Source of the DNA: Spirochaetia bacterium | GTDB taxonomy: Bacteria; Spirochaetota; Spirochaetia; SZUA-6; Bin103 | NCBI GenBank assembly: GCA_965199955.1 | Contig: CBDATQ010000001.1 | Location: forward strand, 608,001 to 672,000 | Direction: 5' to 3' | DNA length: 64,000 bases | Shown: piece by piece, positions 63,186 through 64,000 of the stretch | Layout: each line of letters begins with the position of its first letter | How positions within the stretch are numbered: the first letter of the stretch is position 1 | Notes under the pieces: generated by a model | The model's input: only the letters and a program-made list of their open reading frames with translations | The model's database searches: none | What the model was told of the DNA's origin: nothing | Translations under genes and position numbers: made by a program

Positions 63186-64000
63186 TTACGAGGCGTTCGC
63201 GGCCGGCGTGGCAAGCCCCGCGGACTCGAATACCAGGTCCCCGCCCACCAGGTCGACCCGCACGGTCGAGCCGTCCGCCACCTCGCCGGCGATCAGCCTG
63301 CGCGCCAGCGGGTTCTGCACCAGGCTGGTGAGGGTCCGCTTGAGCGGGCGCGCTCCGAACTGCGGATCGAACCCGCGTTCGGCCAGGTAGTCGCAGGCGG
63401 CCGCGGTCACGGAGAGCTCGATGCGCCGGCCGCGCAGGCGCTCGGCCATCTGGTCGAGCTGGATGCGGACGATGCGCTCGATGTGCCGCCGCTCCAGGCG
63501 GTGGAACAGGATGGTCTCGTCGACGCGGTTGAGGAACTCCGGACGGAAGGTGTCGCGCATCAGCGCACCGATCTGCTCGCGCACGTCCTCCAGGTCCCGG
63601 GCGCTCTGGATCAGGTCGCTGCCGACGTTGCTGGTCATGATGACGATGGTGTTGCGGAAGTCCACCACGCGGCCTTGGCCGTCGGTCAGGCGGCCGTCGT
63701 CGAGAAGCTGCAGCAGGGCGTTGAACACGTCCGGGTGCGCCTTCTCCATCTCGTCGAACAGCACCACCGAATACGGCCGGCGGCGCACGGCCTCGGTGAG
63801 CTGGCCGCCCTCCTCGTAGCCCACATAGCCCGGCGGCGCGCCGATCAGCCGCGACACCGCGTGCTTCTCCAGGTACTCGCTCATGTCGATGCGGGTGAGG
63901 GCGTGCTCGTCGTCGAATAGCCAGGCGGCCAGCGCCTTGGCCAGTTCCGTCTTGCCGACGCCGGTGGGGCCCAGGAAGATGAAGGCGCCGAGCGGCTGCT
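63186..64000 (-). CDS. clpB: ClpB chaperone, C-terminal AAA domain (partial)
   Basis: [59 protein letters not shown]. Confidence 0.92.
   Translation of the reverse strand, partial: QPLGAFIFLGPTGVGKTELAKALAAWLFDDEHALTRIDMSEYLEKHAVSRLIGAPPGYVGYEEGGQLTEAVRRRPYSVVLFDEMEKAHPDVFNALLQLLDDGRLTDGQGRVVDFRNTIVIMTSNVGSDLIQSARDLEDVREQIGALMRDTFRPEFLNRVDETILFHRLERRHIERIVRIQLDQMAERLRGRRIELSVTAAACDYLAERGFDPQFGARPLKRTLTSLVQNPLARRLIAGEVADGSTVRVDLVGGDLVFESAGLATPAANAS

Overview
High-GC bacterial chromosomal window. Positions ~2.0-12.9 kb hold a type I-G (former I-U) CRISPR-Cas locus: cas7/csb1, csb2, cas3 with C-terminal HD, small csb3/cas8u-like gene, separate cas4, cas1 and cas2, then a leader and an array of 34 repeats (37 bp) and 33 spacers. 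As written, cas7 carries a +1 frameshift and cas1 has an internal deletion with frameshift that removes the EEFRP motif. The rest is mostly housekeeping and metabolic: PLP enzymes including an aromatic amino acid decarboxylase, a Gld-like ABC system, aldehyde dehydrogenase, rpmB-rpmE2, mog, acnA, aspS, ribA, moeA-moaACDE followed by two tandem msrPQ pairs, and the 3' end of clpB. Interspersed are two intact TA pairs (Phd-VapC, MNT-HEPN), an AAA-DUF4143 ATPase and many decayed defence/mobile fragments. Notable non-coding signals: a 33-bp palindromic element forming the 5' ends of two unrelated genes in different frames, an orphan near-consensus promoter with a 14-bp palindrome facing the CRISPR array, a G bias at the penultimate spacer position, a duplicated promoter, and frequent leaderless gene starts. 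All calls are from reading motifs by eye; no database searches were run.
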